A stretch of DNA of 64,000 nucleotides from Vulcanimicrobiota bacterium (GCA_963725605.1 CAVRYW010000005.1:17907-81906), one strand, 5' to 3'. Shown: positions 10,153 to 20,020, counted from the first letter of the stretch. Numbers and translations are program-made. The notes: a model not told the origin generated them from the sequence alone.

Positions 10153-10190
10153 AAACGGAGGCCCGTTGCGCAAACGGGCCTCCGTTTATT
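10153..10190. terminator. Bidirectional rho-independent terminator hairpin (15-bp stem)
   Basis: AAACGGAGGCCCGTT-GCGCA-AACGGGCCTCCGTTT with A/T runs on both sides. It lies immediately 3' of the tRNA fragment on the minus strand. Confidence 0.6.
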
Positions 10191-10191
10191 G

Positions 10192-10230
10192 ACTCCGGAC
10201 GCTGGACTCGAACCAGCGAATCCGCTGTTA
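10192..10230 (-). pseudogene. tRNA 3'-half fragment (T-arm plus acceptor 3' strand); not an intact tRNA
   Basis: The minus strand reads ...ACAGCGGATTC GCTGG TTCGAGT CCAGC GTCCGGA G. This is a canonical T-stem/loop (GGTTCGAGTCC) plus a 7-nt acceptor strand. No complementary 5' acceptor strand or D-arm exists upstream, where the adjacent CDS begins at 10236. Confidence 0.55.
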
Positions 10231-10235
10231 TAGAA

Positions 10236-10757
10236 TTATTGGATCTTTCCGCTCCAAGTGGCAGGGCCTGACTGAGTTTGCGCGTTCCAAACGTTAAGCG
10301 TTATCGCCTGGCCGGAAACGAGCTTCCAGCAATACAGGCCGTAGTCGCCGGTGAAGCCGGTAACGATGATTTTCTTAGTGCTCCACTTACTGACACTCAA
10401 TGTCACTTCGTTTGCGCTCCCCTCATAACCGGCTTGCCAAGTGCCATAATCACCGTAATAATAACAAGCAGGGTTAGAAACAATAAATTGGATGCAGCAC
10501 GAGTCGCCGTTGTACGGCTTCATCTTCCCGAAGCCGTTACCTTTTATGACGATTTTCTGCGTCTGTTCCGCTTGGATTGGAGTCACGCTTTTAATAGTCG
10601 GAGTTGAATGTGCGGGCGTGAGCGAGAGTGACCGCAAAGCGAAGCTTGCATTAGCGCCAGAAACAGCATTAGTGCCCGGAACGGCGCTAGCGCCACAACC
10701 CACCAGGACTGCCCCGACAAATGCGAGAGCCAGGACCTGACGTGCAAACATAATCAC
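10236..10757 (-). CDS. Lipoprotein with IPT/TIG-like domain (173 aa), visibly lower GC than its surroundings
   Basis: The lipobox is AVLVGCGAS. IKSVTPIQAEQTQKIVIKGNGFG resembles an IPT/TIG strand pattern. AT-rich codons (for example aataaattggatgcagc) contrast with neighbouring genes. Confidence 0.75.
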   Translation of the reverse strand: MIMFARQVLALAFVGAVLVGCGASAVPGTNAVSGANASFALRSLSLTPAHSTPTIKSVTPIQAEQTQKIVIKGNGFGKMKPYNGDSCCIQFIVSNPACYYYGDYGTWQAGYEGSANEVTLSVSKWSTKKIIVTGFTGDYGLYCWKLVSGQAITLNVWNAQTQSGPATWSGKIQ

Positions 10758-11296
10758 TAGGATATCCTTTCTGCTCTTGAGGCTTGAGCCAAGATGGAGT
10801 GCCCGGTGTAGCTGAAAACAAAAGCTTTCTAGCGAGCACCTCCTTAGGCAGGATTTGCTGGCTTTCGACCGACTACCTGCTCACCTTTTTAGAGGCTCTG
10901 GCCGCAACGCGTTAAGCGCCGCGATGTAAGCCACTAGACTGCGAGCCTGCTGCGAGGCATGCTCTGCTGCAATGCGAGCTACGTGCGCGATCGAAGGCGC
11001 TGGTGGCGGACACGGATCGGCGTGGCCTTTAGCGATGCCATAATGACCGTTGCGGAACAGTGTTTCGGATCGGCCCGTAGTTGCGGCGAAACACCAAGAG
11101 TGCCATCAACCGTTTGACGTGAGGAGAGAAAACGGCTCAAGTTGAAACCTTGAGTTCCAGGCGGTGAGCCGTGCGGACCGCCTACGCGTCTAACCGCGAG
11201 CCGTTGACCGTGCAGTACGAAGGCGAGGTCGAGGACGCCGATCCGCACGCGTTTCCGGCGAAGACTCACTACGATCGTCGGGAAGATCTCTAAGGG

Positions 11297-11336
11297 GCGT
11301 GGGAACCCCGATTTCGGAGTTCCCACGCGCGTTTTA
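11297..11336 (+). terminator. Rho-independent terminator (10-bp stem GCGTGGGAAC/GTTCCCACGC followed by GCGTTTT)
   Basis: Read directly. The U-tract is present only for the plus strand, which implies a plus-strand transcript ending here, convergent with the S53 peptidase gene. Confidence 0.55.
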
Positions 11337-11347
11337 GGCCATCTCTC

Positions 11348-13108
11348 TTAGGGATTAGAGGGCGACGTGGGCTCGCCGGCGACCGATTTCGCCCCGGCGA
11401 TGCGAGCGCCGTAGGGCGTGCCCAGTCCTAATACCGGGTCCCACAAAGTGGTGCTCGTATGGTAACCGTTGAAGCCTTTGAGCCCTTTGCGGAAAAAGTA
11501 GTTCGGGTGTTTGGCTGCCGCCTGATACAGCTCCGCGTTCACCGCGCCGAGTTTTCCCTTTACGAGTTCGGCGGTGAGGGCGAGCAGGCCCACGAAATCG
11601 GGTGATGCCGCGGACGTGCCGATCGATTGCGTCCACTGGCCCTCCAGATATTCCGTATCGCTGCTATCGTCTTTGTTGCATTTCTGGGCTTGACAGCTCT
11701 GTCCGTCGGAGCTAAAGCCTTCGCCGCCCATGTGCACCGACACGTCGGGAAGTCCGCGTTCCTTTTCGGATACGGCTCCATTTTGATAGGAGGGCCGCGC
11801 GTAGATCACACTGTAACCGCCGCCCGATCCCCAGTAGTCGCCGCCGCCGTCCGGCTTAACGTCGGCGTACGCATCCTCGTGGACGTACTTCGAATTCGGA
11901 TTGTCTTTGGCGTACGATGTCGTGAGATTGGTGCCCCCGACCCCGAGCACGTACGGGCTCACCGACGGCCATACCACGCCTTTTTCGTCGTTGGAACCGC
12001 ATTGATCTGCGGCGTGGTCGCCACTGGCCGCCACCCAGGTAATGCCTTCGGATAATCCTTGTTTGAAGACCGCATCGAACTTCTTGAGCTCCTGGAGACC
12101 GTTCCCACTCTTGAACGCCAGCTCACAGCCGCCAAACGAGGAGTTGACCACCACGATACTCTTATCTTTCACGATCGCCGAGTAGGCATCGTAGACGTCG
12201 GAATCGCTGAGGCTTGGGATATTGAAAACAACAATGTTCGCGCGCGGGGCCATGCCGCCGGATTGCTGGGCGTCGAGCGTGGCTTCGCCCGTTCCGTCGC
12301 CGCCATACTTGCCGCCGCCGTCGATCTTAACGTTGTCGATCTTAGGCGCCACGTTCGAACCTTCGGCGCTAAAGTATTCGTCGATATCCGACTGGCTGAC
12401 CGGCGAATCGATCACGATGCCAATGGTGACCCCGGCTCCGGTCGCGTCGAGGTAGCTGGGATATGCATACGCCTGCTTCAGATCGACCGCGTAATATGGA
12501 CCGTACGGACCGTAAATGTTTTGCGGTCGAACGCCGGCGGGCAGCGGAACGACTTTCGAGAAAACGTGCATTGGTGGAATCCCGTTGAGGCCGATGACCG
12601 ACGCGCCGCTGCTTACGAGCAATCGCGAGAGCGCCAGGGGCGTTTGGGGAGTCAGCACCGTCGTTGAGCCATAGCGTACGGCTCGCAACGACGTACGAAA
12701 ATAACGCTCGGCTTGAATTTGCGTGCCCGTGGCCGCGACGGCCTGATCGGTGATCGACACCTCAAACCCTGCCGCTGTCAACTCGCGCGATACTGCCCCC
12801 AGTGCGGCCGCCTTTGGCGCGAATTGGCGCAAGAACTCTTCGTGCGAAATGAACTTCCGATAGGTCGCCGAGGACGGATCTTGCAATCCTTCTAGCAGCT
12901 GCGTCAGCTTCGCCTCATTGCGCAACGGCAGCGCGACGGAAAAGTGAACGCTGCCGACGCGCTCGGCCGGAACGCCCGTGGCGCTCTGCGGCGGAAACTG
13001 GAAGTTTGTGCCAGCTGCGCCGGCGCTTGGCGGCAACGCCGAATTGCGCGAGCAGGCACTGAAAAGCACGGCGGCAAATGCCGCGGCGAACCAGGATCGA
13101 GAAGTCAT
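11348..13108 (-). CDS. S53 family serine peptidase (sedolisin/kumamolisin-like) with pro-kumamolisin activation domain; lipoprotein leader
   Basis: 586 aa. The leader is AAVLFSAC. The N-terminal propeptide region reads HEEFLRQFAPKAAALGAVSRELTAAGFEV, and the C-terminal catalytic Ser motif is SIGTSAASPDFVG. Confidence 0.9.
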   Translation of the reverse strand: MTSRSWFAAAFAAVLFSACSRNSALPPSAGAAGTNFQFPPQSATGVPAERVGSVHFSVALPLRNEAKLTQLLEGLQDPSSATYRKFISHEEFLRQFAPKAAALGAVSRELTAAGFEVSITDQAVAATGTQIQAERYFRTSLRAVRYGSTTVLTPQTPLALSRLLVSSGASVIGLNGIPPMHVFSKVVPLPAGVRPQNIYGPYGPYYAVDLKQAYAYPSYLDATGAGVTIGIVIDSPVSQSDIDEYFSAEGSNVAPKIDNVKIDGGGKYGGDGTGEATLDAQQSGGMAPRANIVVFNIPSLSDSDVYDAYSAIVKDKSIVVVNSSFGGCELAFKSGNGLQELKKFDAVFKQGLSEGITWVAASGDHAADQCGSNDEKGVVWPSVSPYVLGVGGTNLTTSYAKDNPNSKYVHEDAYADVKPDGGGDYWGSGGGYSVIYARPSYQNGAVSEKERGLPDVSVHMGGEGFSSDGQSCQAQKCNKDDSSDTEYLEGQWTQSIGTSAASPDFVGLLALTAELVKGKLGAVNAELYQAAAKHPNYFFRKGLKGFNGYHTSTTLWDPVLGLGTPYGARIAGAKSVAGEPTSPSNP

Positions 13109-13166
13109 AGGTGCTCCTTGTGGCAGAACGATTTAAGGCGATGCTACCACCGCAGGGCTGCCGGGG

Positions 13167-13191
13167 GCATGGGGAGCCAGCCCTACCTTCG
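13167..13191 (-). promoter_or_regulatory. Conserved 25-nt box, copy 1 (upstream of the S53 peptidase gene)
   Basis: The plus strand reads GCATGGGGAGCCAGCCCTACCTTCG. It lies 59-83 nt upstream of the start codon at 13108. See the findings. Confidence 0.45.
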
Positions 13192-13398
13192 ATGTAGGCG
13201 GAGCGGTCAGAAGAAAATAATCGGGCCAGCACAGCCCCGGCTCATGGATAAGGCAATGCAGCGTCATGTAGAAACGCGAAACTCTGCGACAGTTGAAGCA
13301 AAACGTTTCCCACCGCGAGATCCACAGCAAGCCCGCGTCCGGTGGAACGGGCGCGGGCTCCCGAAGCATCTCTTCAAAGAGTGCGTCCTCTCGTCGCC

Positions 13399-14802
13399 TT
13401 ATTCTCTTCGGTCGTTATTTGCGTTCGGCAGTGTAAACGAGCACATGGTGTAGCAGCCTGCGTAAACCGTTCCATTTGCAATCACGGGCGTCGCCGGTGC
13501 GGCACCATTTGCGACCGAACCGCTCGTCCAAATAATGGAGCCGTTCTTGGCATTGAACGCCGTGATCGCAACGTTGCCGTTGTTTCCCCCGCCACCATCG
13601 GCGTAGACGATGCCGTTGGCTACCGACAAGACACCCCCTCCAAAGAGATTTGCGTTCGCGGTGTACTTCCACAACGACTTGCCACTGCTCGTCGACAGAG
13701 CGTAGACCCCCGCGCCGCCGTCCTCGACGAAAAGGCTCTTATTCGTCGTCGCCATCACCGAATAGCCCGCGCCCGGCAGCGTCGCCGCCCAAATCTGCGC
13801 GCCGGTTTTCTGGTCGAGCGCCAATACAGACACGTTGCTGGAAACAGGCTCCGTTACGTACAACGTCTTGCCGCTGGCGATGAGATTTTCGACTGCGGTC
13901 GGTGCCGGATCGCACCAAATAGAGTTTCCTGACGTTGCAGATAACGCGCAGATCTCGTTGTTACCAGATTGGCCTTGACATGCCAGCATCGCAAACACGA
14001 GCCCGTTTGCTACCGGCAGGGGATTATGGCTTGCGTCTCCGCCGTCTGGGCAATGATACACGCCTGCAACGTCCCAGGCGATCTTGCCGTTATTAGGATC
14101 GAGCGCCTGAGTGTCCGGTTGTTCGTTGACGCCTTGCACGCTTTGAAAATAGATGTACTTCCCATAGAGCGCCGGCGAGGTACCGCCGTTCACGAGGCCA
14201 CCGCATGGATTTCCTTGGTATTGCGTGCAATATGTGGTCCACAGCAACTTACCGTTTTTCGCGCTGACGCCGCATAGGCCGGTGAGGAACTTGCTCGAGG
14301 AGCCGTTGCTGCACGGCGAGACGACGACGTTGCCGGCGACCGCCGCAACGGCATGATCGAAGGCGCCCCAAGAACCGTTGAGGTTCAGGTTTGCATACCA
14401 CTTCTGGGTGCCCGTGTTGGCGTCGAGCGCATATAAGCCGGCATTCGTTTGACCCATGTCGTCGACGTAGGCGACGTTGTGGTCGACGACGATTCCGCCC
14501 GGCTGGACGATCGTTTCGTCGTTCCAAGAAACCTGAAGATTCGAGACGTTCTTGATATCGATGGTCTTTTCGAGTGGATTATAGGCAGTCTGACCCGCAT
14601 CGTAGCCAAACTGCAGCCACTGCGCCATTTTTTTGGCGGCCCGCCAGTTCGCCGACGCTGCCACGCCGGATCGCGGCGACAACGGCATCGGCGCCGCCGG
14701 CGTGACCGACGTGCCCGGGCCAGCCGGCGCGCAGCCGCTCGCAAACGATAGCGGGAATCCGAGGAGGATGATCGACGTAGCAATCTTTCGTATGGCTCGC
14801 AT
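13399..14802 (-). CDS. PQQ-like/BamB-like beta-propeller repeat lipoprotein
   Basis: The ORF runs to 14838. The ATG at 14802 gives the leader MRAIRKIATSIILLGFPLSFASGC and has AAGGGA upstream. Repeated Y(A/V)xDxxTGxxxW-type blades are present (YALDANTGTQKW, LALDQKTGAQIW, FNAKNGSIIW). Confidence 0.85.
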   Translation of the reverse strand: MRAIRKIATSIILLGFPLSFASGCAPAGPGTSVTPAAPMPLSPRSGVAASANWRAAKKMAQWLQFGYDAGQTAYNPLEKTIDIKNVSNLQVSWNDETIVQPGGIVVDHNVAYVDDMGQTNAGLYALDANTGTQKWYANLNLNGSWGAFDHAVAAVAGNVVVSPCSNGSSSKFLTGLCGVSAKNGKLLWTTYCTQYQGNPCGGLVNGGTSPALYGKYIYFQSVQGVNEQPDTQALDPNNGKIAWDVAGVYHCPDGGDASHNPLPVANGLVFAMLACQGQSGNNEICALSATSGNSIWCDPAPTAVENLIASGKTLYVTEPVSSNVSVLALDQKTGAQIWAATLPGAGYSVMATTNKSLFVEDGGAGVYALSTSSGKSLWKYTANANLFGGGVLSVANGIVYADGGGGNNGNVAITAFNAKNGSIIWTSGSVANGAAPATPVIANGTVYAGCYTMCSFTLPNANNDRRE

Positions 14803-14885
14803 CAGAACGAAGTTCCCTTTCATAGCTGCCGGCGCCACGACGGTTGGCCGTGCCAGCTTATGGTAAGAGAGCGACGCGCGGCGCG

Positions 14886-14910
14886 GTATGGGTGGGCGCC
14901 CCTACCTTCC
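14886..14910 (-). promoter_or_regulatory. Conserved 25-nt box, copy 2 (upstream of the beta-propeller gene; overlaps the stop codon of the LAL regulator)
   Basis: The plus strand reads GTATGGGTGGGCGCCCCTACCTTCC. The CTA at 14902-14904 is the regulator's TAG stop. Confidence 0.45.
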
Positions 14911-17632
14911 GGGGGCCCCTAAATTAACGATCGGCCCGACGTACGACCGCAGCGCTCGGCGCGAGGATACGCCCAGCTTTTGGTAGGCTGCTCCGAGATG
15001 CTTCTCCACGGTCTTGTGGCTAATGGAGAGGCTGCGCGCGATCTCCAAATTCGATTGGCCGCGTGCGGCAAGAACCACGATTTCACGTTCGCGCGCCGAC
15101 AGAATCGCAATTTCTGTCCGATCGGCCGAGTCAATCGCAGCGGCGCCGTTGGCAGGGCGACCCTCGAGGCGGCGCACGTCGTACGTGGCGCCGCAACGAC
15201 GGTATAGCGACAGCGCCGATTCGATGTCTCCCGCCAGTTCCCACGCCGCGGCCTCGAGGAGTGGCGTGCTAAAGCGCCGGAAACCATCGGCCGCCTCGCG
15301 TGCCAGACGCTTCGCGTTCTCCGGCTGGCCGGCGCACTCGCGAAATTGCGTCGAAGAGCGCGAGGGCCGGGCGCTCGAGCGAATCGCCGGTCTCGCTCGC
15401 GTGTACGAGAAATTCCCGCGCCCGCGAGCGATCGTCGGCCGCTCCATACCGGGCTATTGCGAGCAACGTCAGAACCTCGCCGCGAACGAGTTCGCACTCA
15501 GGCAGGACGCGATGCAGCAGCGCTTGAGCCTCTTTGTGGCGTCCGCGGCGAACCAGCACTTCGGCGAAGCCGTAACCGGACTCGATCTCGGGGGCCGACA
15601 GTATCGTGTCTTCGAATCCGTCAAACCACTTTTCGATCAAGCACTCGTCGCCGAGATACGTTCCCACCGCGGTTCCCGCGGCCGTCGCAAAGGTGATGTT
15701 GACGCGGTTGTCCGTCGTCGTCGAAACCGCTTCCACAGCATTGCGCGCGGCTTGCAGATCGCCGCTCAAGACGTAACACAGCGCCGCCGTTGCCTGCGCG
15801 CATTCTTCAGCGTGACGGCCGCGCATTTCACGTGCGACGCGCAGCGCTTCCCAAATATTTTCTCGCGCCTCCTCGTGCAGCCCGAAGGACGCAAAGAGCT
15901 TCGCTCCATTGTAGTGGACGCCGGCTATCGCGCCGGCACCGTGTGCGCGGGCCGCCTCGAGCCAAGCTCCCTGCTCGCGCCGAAAACCATCCACATCGCC
16001 CAACGCCGTCGCGACGCACGCCGAGACGTTATGGTACCGTACGCTGATGTCGGTCGCGCCTATCGTTGCTCGCGGATCGACGCGCGCGAGATGAGCGCGG
16101 GCGCGCGACGGAAAGCGCAAGGCGGCCGCGATCCAGGCAATGCCGAGGTGAAGTCGAGCCCGCGCGAAGTACTCGGTCTCGTCGAGCCGCGCCAGCATCT
16201 CTTCCAATGGCGCGCTCGTATCCGATAGGTGCATTGTATACGCGGTCATCACCGCACGGACGCGGCACACGGCCTCGCGTTCGAACGCTGCGGCGGCCGC
16301 AAAGACGTCGGCCGCGGCGCTATACGCTGCCTGACCCTCTTCGGCCATGCTCATGACCAAGCGAAGATTCGCAATCCTCTCCAGAATGGCGCCGCGCGTC
16401 AGCAGATCGATGCTCTTCGGCTCGAGCGCACGCTCGTAGAACGCAATAGCGTCATCGTATGCGTACACTTGCCGGGCAGCATCGCCGGCCAATTGATTAT
16501 ATCGAACACAAAGCTGGTCATCGCCGGCCGCCCACCAATGATAAGCCAACGCTTCGATCGACCGTTCAGTGATGTTGGCGTTTTCGAGCGCCAATCCGAT
16601 ACGGCGATGTAGCGGGCGCAGTTCCGTGCGAAGAAAATCGCTGCAGATGGCCTCTCGCGTCAGTCCGTGGCGAAATCGGAAGAGGCTTGGTGCGACCTCC
16701 TCAATGAGCTGGAAATCGCGGGCGCGCCGCAAGGTCGGAATGAGGAGCTCGGCCTCGGTGCCGGCCACCATCGCCAAGAGATCGAGCGTAAACGTCCGCC
16801 CGATGACCGCCGCCTGCGTTACGATGCGGCGATCGTCTCGTTCAAACGGGCGCAACCTCTCGAGCAAAGTGGTCCGGAGGCTTTGCGGTACGCGCTCTTT
16901 GTAGTCACGGTCGCGGCGCTCCGCGGAGTCTTGCACCGCATTCTTGAGCAACTCTTCGGTGAAAAACGGGTTGCCTTCCCCAGCGAGCGCGATCGCCCGT
17001 CTTTTCTCAGAGCTCAAATCGAAACCTGAAAGCGCTTCGTCGATGAACGTCCGCAACTCGATCCCTTCGAGCGGAGCTAAGTCGACGCGACCGGCGTGCG
17101 CGCAACGCCCAACCTTCTCGATGCCGGCGGCTGCCGGATGCCCGGCGTGCAGAGCGTCGGGGCGAAAGGAGGCGAGCACGAGCATCCGCATACGGTGCAC
17201 TCTAGTGCCGAGATGTGCGAGCAAGTCCAACGTCGCCGCATCCGCCCAATGCAAATCCTCGATTACGACGACCAACGCCTGACGTGAAGCAATATTAGCA
17301 AAGCGCTCGACGATTGCCTCAAAGTATTGCCGCTTCGATTCGGCGGGAGTCAGTTCAGCCGCGCTAGAGTCGACGCTCGCTAAGGCATCTAAGATCGGAC
17401 CGTAAGGGCGCCCTCCGAACTCCCGGCACGGGCTTTGAGTGATCCGCCAACGAGAGTACGCCAAAGCACTGCAGAACTCGGAAATGAGCCGAGACTTACC
17501 CAAGCCGGCGTCGCCCGCGATGAATACCAGAGCGCCCCGCGAAGCGCCGGCTTCGAGCCGTCGCTCTCGAAGGTATGCAAGCTCAGCCCGGCGTCCTACG
17601 AACGGACGGCAGAGGACGGGTCGAACAATCAC
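14902..17632 (-). pseudogene. Large ATP-binding LuxR-family (LAL/MalT-like) regulator, AAA ATPase + TPR-like + LuxR HTH, split by a frameshift near 15335-15355
   Basis: ORF 15269-17632 (787 aa) carries Walker A GDAGLGKSRL and Walker B VVVIEDLHWAD. The overlapping ORF 14902-15447 in another frame carries the [48 protein letters not shown]. This may be a true pseudogene or an assembly indel. Confidence 0.8.
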
Positions 17633-17677
17633 CGTGGCGGCCTATTGGCGCTTTGGAGTTTGGGCGCCTGGAGTCTG

Positions 17678-18235
17678 CTATCGGTTGCCTTGCAACTCGA
17701 CGAGTTTAGTCGACAATCGCTGGTAGTGTTCGGAATCTAGACCTGCGAACTCGCGCGCACGAGCGTAGTAGATTCGAGCGTCGCGATTCGCGAAAGCGGC
17801 GACCGCCTGGTCGCCGGCAAGCTCGTTATATTGAACGCAGCGCCGGGCGTCTCTCGCGGCCCACGAGTGGTAAGCAAGATCGTCGAGAGCGCTTTCGTTC
17901 GCTTCGGCGCAACGCTCGAGAGCGCGTGCAATGAGCCGGTGAATGGGACGCACCCGGGTCCCGATAAACTCTTCATAGGCGACATCTCGGATCAGCGCGT
18001 GCCGGAAGGCGTACCAATCACTGTCCGAGCTTTCGCGCACGACGAATTGGAGCGTGCAGGCCTTAGCAAGCACAGCGCGGACGCGCTCTTCGGCCAATGC
18101 CGTAGCTGCAGTCAAGACCGCGACCCTAAAACGCTGTCCGATGATCGACGCACGCATGAGAACCGTGCGTTCGCCGCGATCCAGAGCCCGCATACGCTGC
18201 AGCAAAACCGCCGCGAGAGCCTCAGAGACCGGCAC
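17678..18235 (-). pseudogene. Truncated paralog of the LAL regulator (central domain only, 185 aa; no ATPase, no HTH)
   Basis: It aligns by eye to the middle of the downstream regulator: IIGQRFRVAVL vs VIGRTFTLDLL, YAFRHALIRDVAYEEF vs FRFRHGLTREAICSDF, and LAYHSWAARD vs LAYHWWAAGD. Confidence 0.6.
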
Positions 18236-18267
18236 GCTATGAGCATAGCTCCCCGTCGAAGGCTGCG

Positions 18268-18292
18268 GTATGGGGAGGAGCCCCTACCTCGC
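18268..18292 (-). promoter_or_regulatory. Conserved 25-nt box, copy 3 (upstream of the truncated LAL paralog / LAL operon)
   Basis: The plus strand reads GTATGGGGAGGAGCCCCTACCTCGC. It lies 33-57 nt upstream of the start at 18235. Confidence 0.45.
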
Positions 18293-18814
18293 GTGCACGA
18301 CACCCATCCGCCTACGAGTCTCGCAGGCAGAAGAGCCCCGCAAACAGACTGTGGGAACCGCCAGTGACCGGTAACCTCGCAGTCACGAATTATTTGAGCA
18401 CGGGGGCTCGCAGACGGAGTATGGCGATGTCGTGATCTTCCCTCACGCGCAAGGCACGCCGGTTGGCCGAAAAGATCACTCGTCGCCGTGGCCGCCTGAT
18501 TAGCCCGTACGGCGTCACGATGAGCAAGGCTAAGTAGGCCCCGGGCCTCTGCCCCTCCGCCCGGCTTCGCGATCGCGGAGCGCTGCGCGAATGACCTCAC
18601 GCTTAACGTGTTGCGCGCCAGGGGGGCGCAGACTCCCGCGTGATATCCCATATCCATCTCGAGCTTAGGCTAACCCCGTGAGACTGGCCTTAAACAGATG
18701 TCTTTCGCATAATCGCGGAGAAAGCCAGCAAGCACTCGTACTGGCCGAGCGCGCAAACGCGAGGCTGGAAGCATCTCTAGCGGGCGCTGCGCCCAGTCAG
18801 ACAAGTAGGTCGAA

Positions 18815-20020
18815 ATGTACGTGAGGTTCATTTCTCAAGGCACGCTCGTTTTACTCGCCGCCGCTCTGCTGGCAGGATGTGGTGCCCCGTCGCAAACGTC
18901 GCCCGCTGGGTTGGGCGCGACATCGAACGCGTACGCGTTCCACGCAATCAGCGTTGTCGACATTAAGAAAAGCCGCGTGGGCCCGATCGAAACCCTCGAG
19001 CTCGAAATCGCTGGAAGAATTCCATCACCGCTGCCCCGAGAAGTCTTGCAGCGTATTCTTAAGCAGATCGAAAGCGGTCGTCGGCCGCGCGTGCATCTCG
19101 ATGGGACCGGCAAAGTCGGGCTTTGGGCGATCGAAGGTTTCAACAACCTAATCTTCGGACAAAATGCGAAGGGCGATAAAACTGTAACCGTTATCAACAC
19201 GCTGAACAATGGTTGCGACGAGCCTTTTGGAAGCAAGGTCGACCATGCGGAAAATCTTTGGACTGCTTGCGGCAGCTACAACGGTGGAAACGGCGCGATT
19301 CAAGAGTACGAGCCCGGCTCCAACACGCCCGCAGCGACATTTACCGAGCCGGAGAGCTGCGGGAGCGGTTGCACTCGAGAAGCGAGCCCGCTCGACGTCG
19401 CTATCGACACGAACGGTCACGTTTTCGGGGCGAACCCAGGCTCCGAGATCTGCAATCCGAGCTGCGAGACGTCCGGTCTTCTCGTCTGGTGGAATTCGAA
19501 CGATCCGAACTCGCCGACGGGCATCAACGATCCAGATTTGACGAACGCCGATTACATCGACGTCGACACGAAGGGAAATCTCTACGTCGAGGGGTTCGGA
19601 TGCATCGGATCGAATTGCGGCGCGTTGCTCGACGAGATCGGCGATGCGACGTCGAAGTCGCCGGCGATTACGAATCTTATTCCGCCGTCGAGCGGAGCGA
19701 CCGACGGCCTCTATATCAGCAACGACGGGAAGGTTTTGAATCTTATCGATGGGTCGACCCGAACGATCGCGCAATACGCCTTGCCCTGGATGCCCGGTGA
19801 ATCCGCGTTCAGCACCCTTGGGCCGACCGAGAACAACTATTTCAACGATGGCTATCCGATTGACGGCGGATTCGGTTTGAAGGATAAGCTCATGGCCATA
19901 GGAGATGCGGGCGGCTGGATCGACATCGGTAAAGTTTCAAAGAACCGTTGGTCGATGGGCGGGAACGTCAACCTTTACCCCGGCCTTGTCGACGCCGCCT
20001 ACGTCCCTTCGGACAAGTAG
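18815..20020 (+). CDS. Lipoprotein, probable beta-propeller (NHL/SMP-30-like repeats), function unknown
   Basis: 401 aa. The lipobox is LLAGCGAPS, and Cys/Gly/Asn-rich repeats are present. Confidence 0.8.
   Translation: MYVRFISQGTLVLLAAALLAGCGAPSQTSPAGLGATSNAYAFHAISVVDIKKSRVGPIETLELEIAGRIPSPLPREVLQRILKQIESGRRPRVHLDGTGKVGLWAIEGFNNLIFGQNAKGDKTVTVINTLNNGCDEPFGSKVDHAENLWTACGSYNGGNGAIQEYEPGSNTPAATFTEPESCGSGCTREASPLDVAIDTNGHVFGANPGSEICNPSCETSGLLVWWNSNDPNSPTGINDPDLTNADYIDVDTKGNLYVEGFGCIGSNCGALLDEIGDATSKSPAITNLIPPSSGATDGLYISNDGKVLNLIDGSTRTIAQYALPWMPGESAFSTLGPTENNYFNDGYPIDGGFGLKDKLMAIGDAGGWIDIGKVSKNRWSMGGNVNLYPGLVDAAYVPSDK

Noticed and set aside
10192-10268. Intact tRNA gene on the minus strand
   Set aside because: Only the T-arm and the 3' acceptor strand are present. 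No complementary 5' acceptor strand, D-arm or anticodon stem can be formed from the upstream sequence, which belongs to the adjacent CDS.
10979-11326. 115-aa minus-strand ORF
   Set aside because: It has no start context or motifs. It overlaps the hairpin-rich segment and terminator that are better explained as plus-strand non-coding or small-ORF sequence.
15014-16228. 404-aa plus-strand ORF
   Set aside because: It is antisense to the LAL regulator, whose frame carries Walker motifs. It shows no motifs and an Arg-rich composition.
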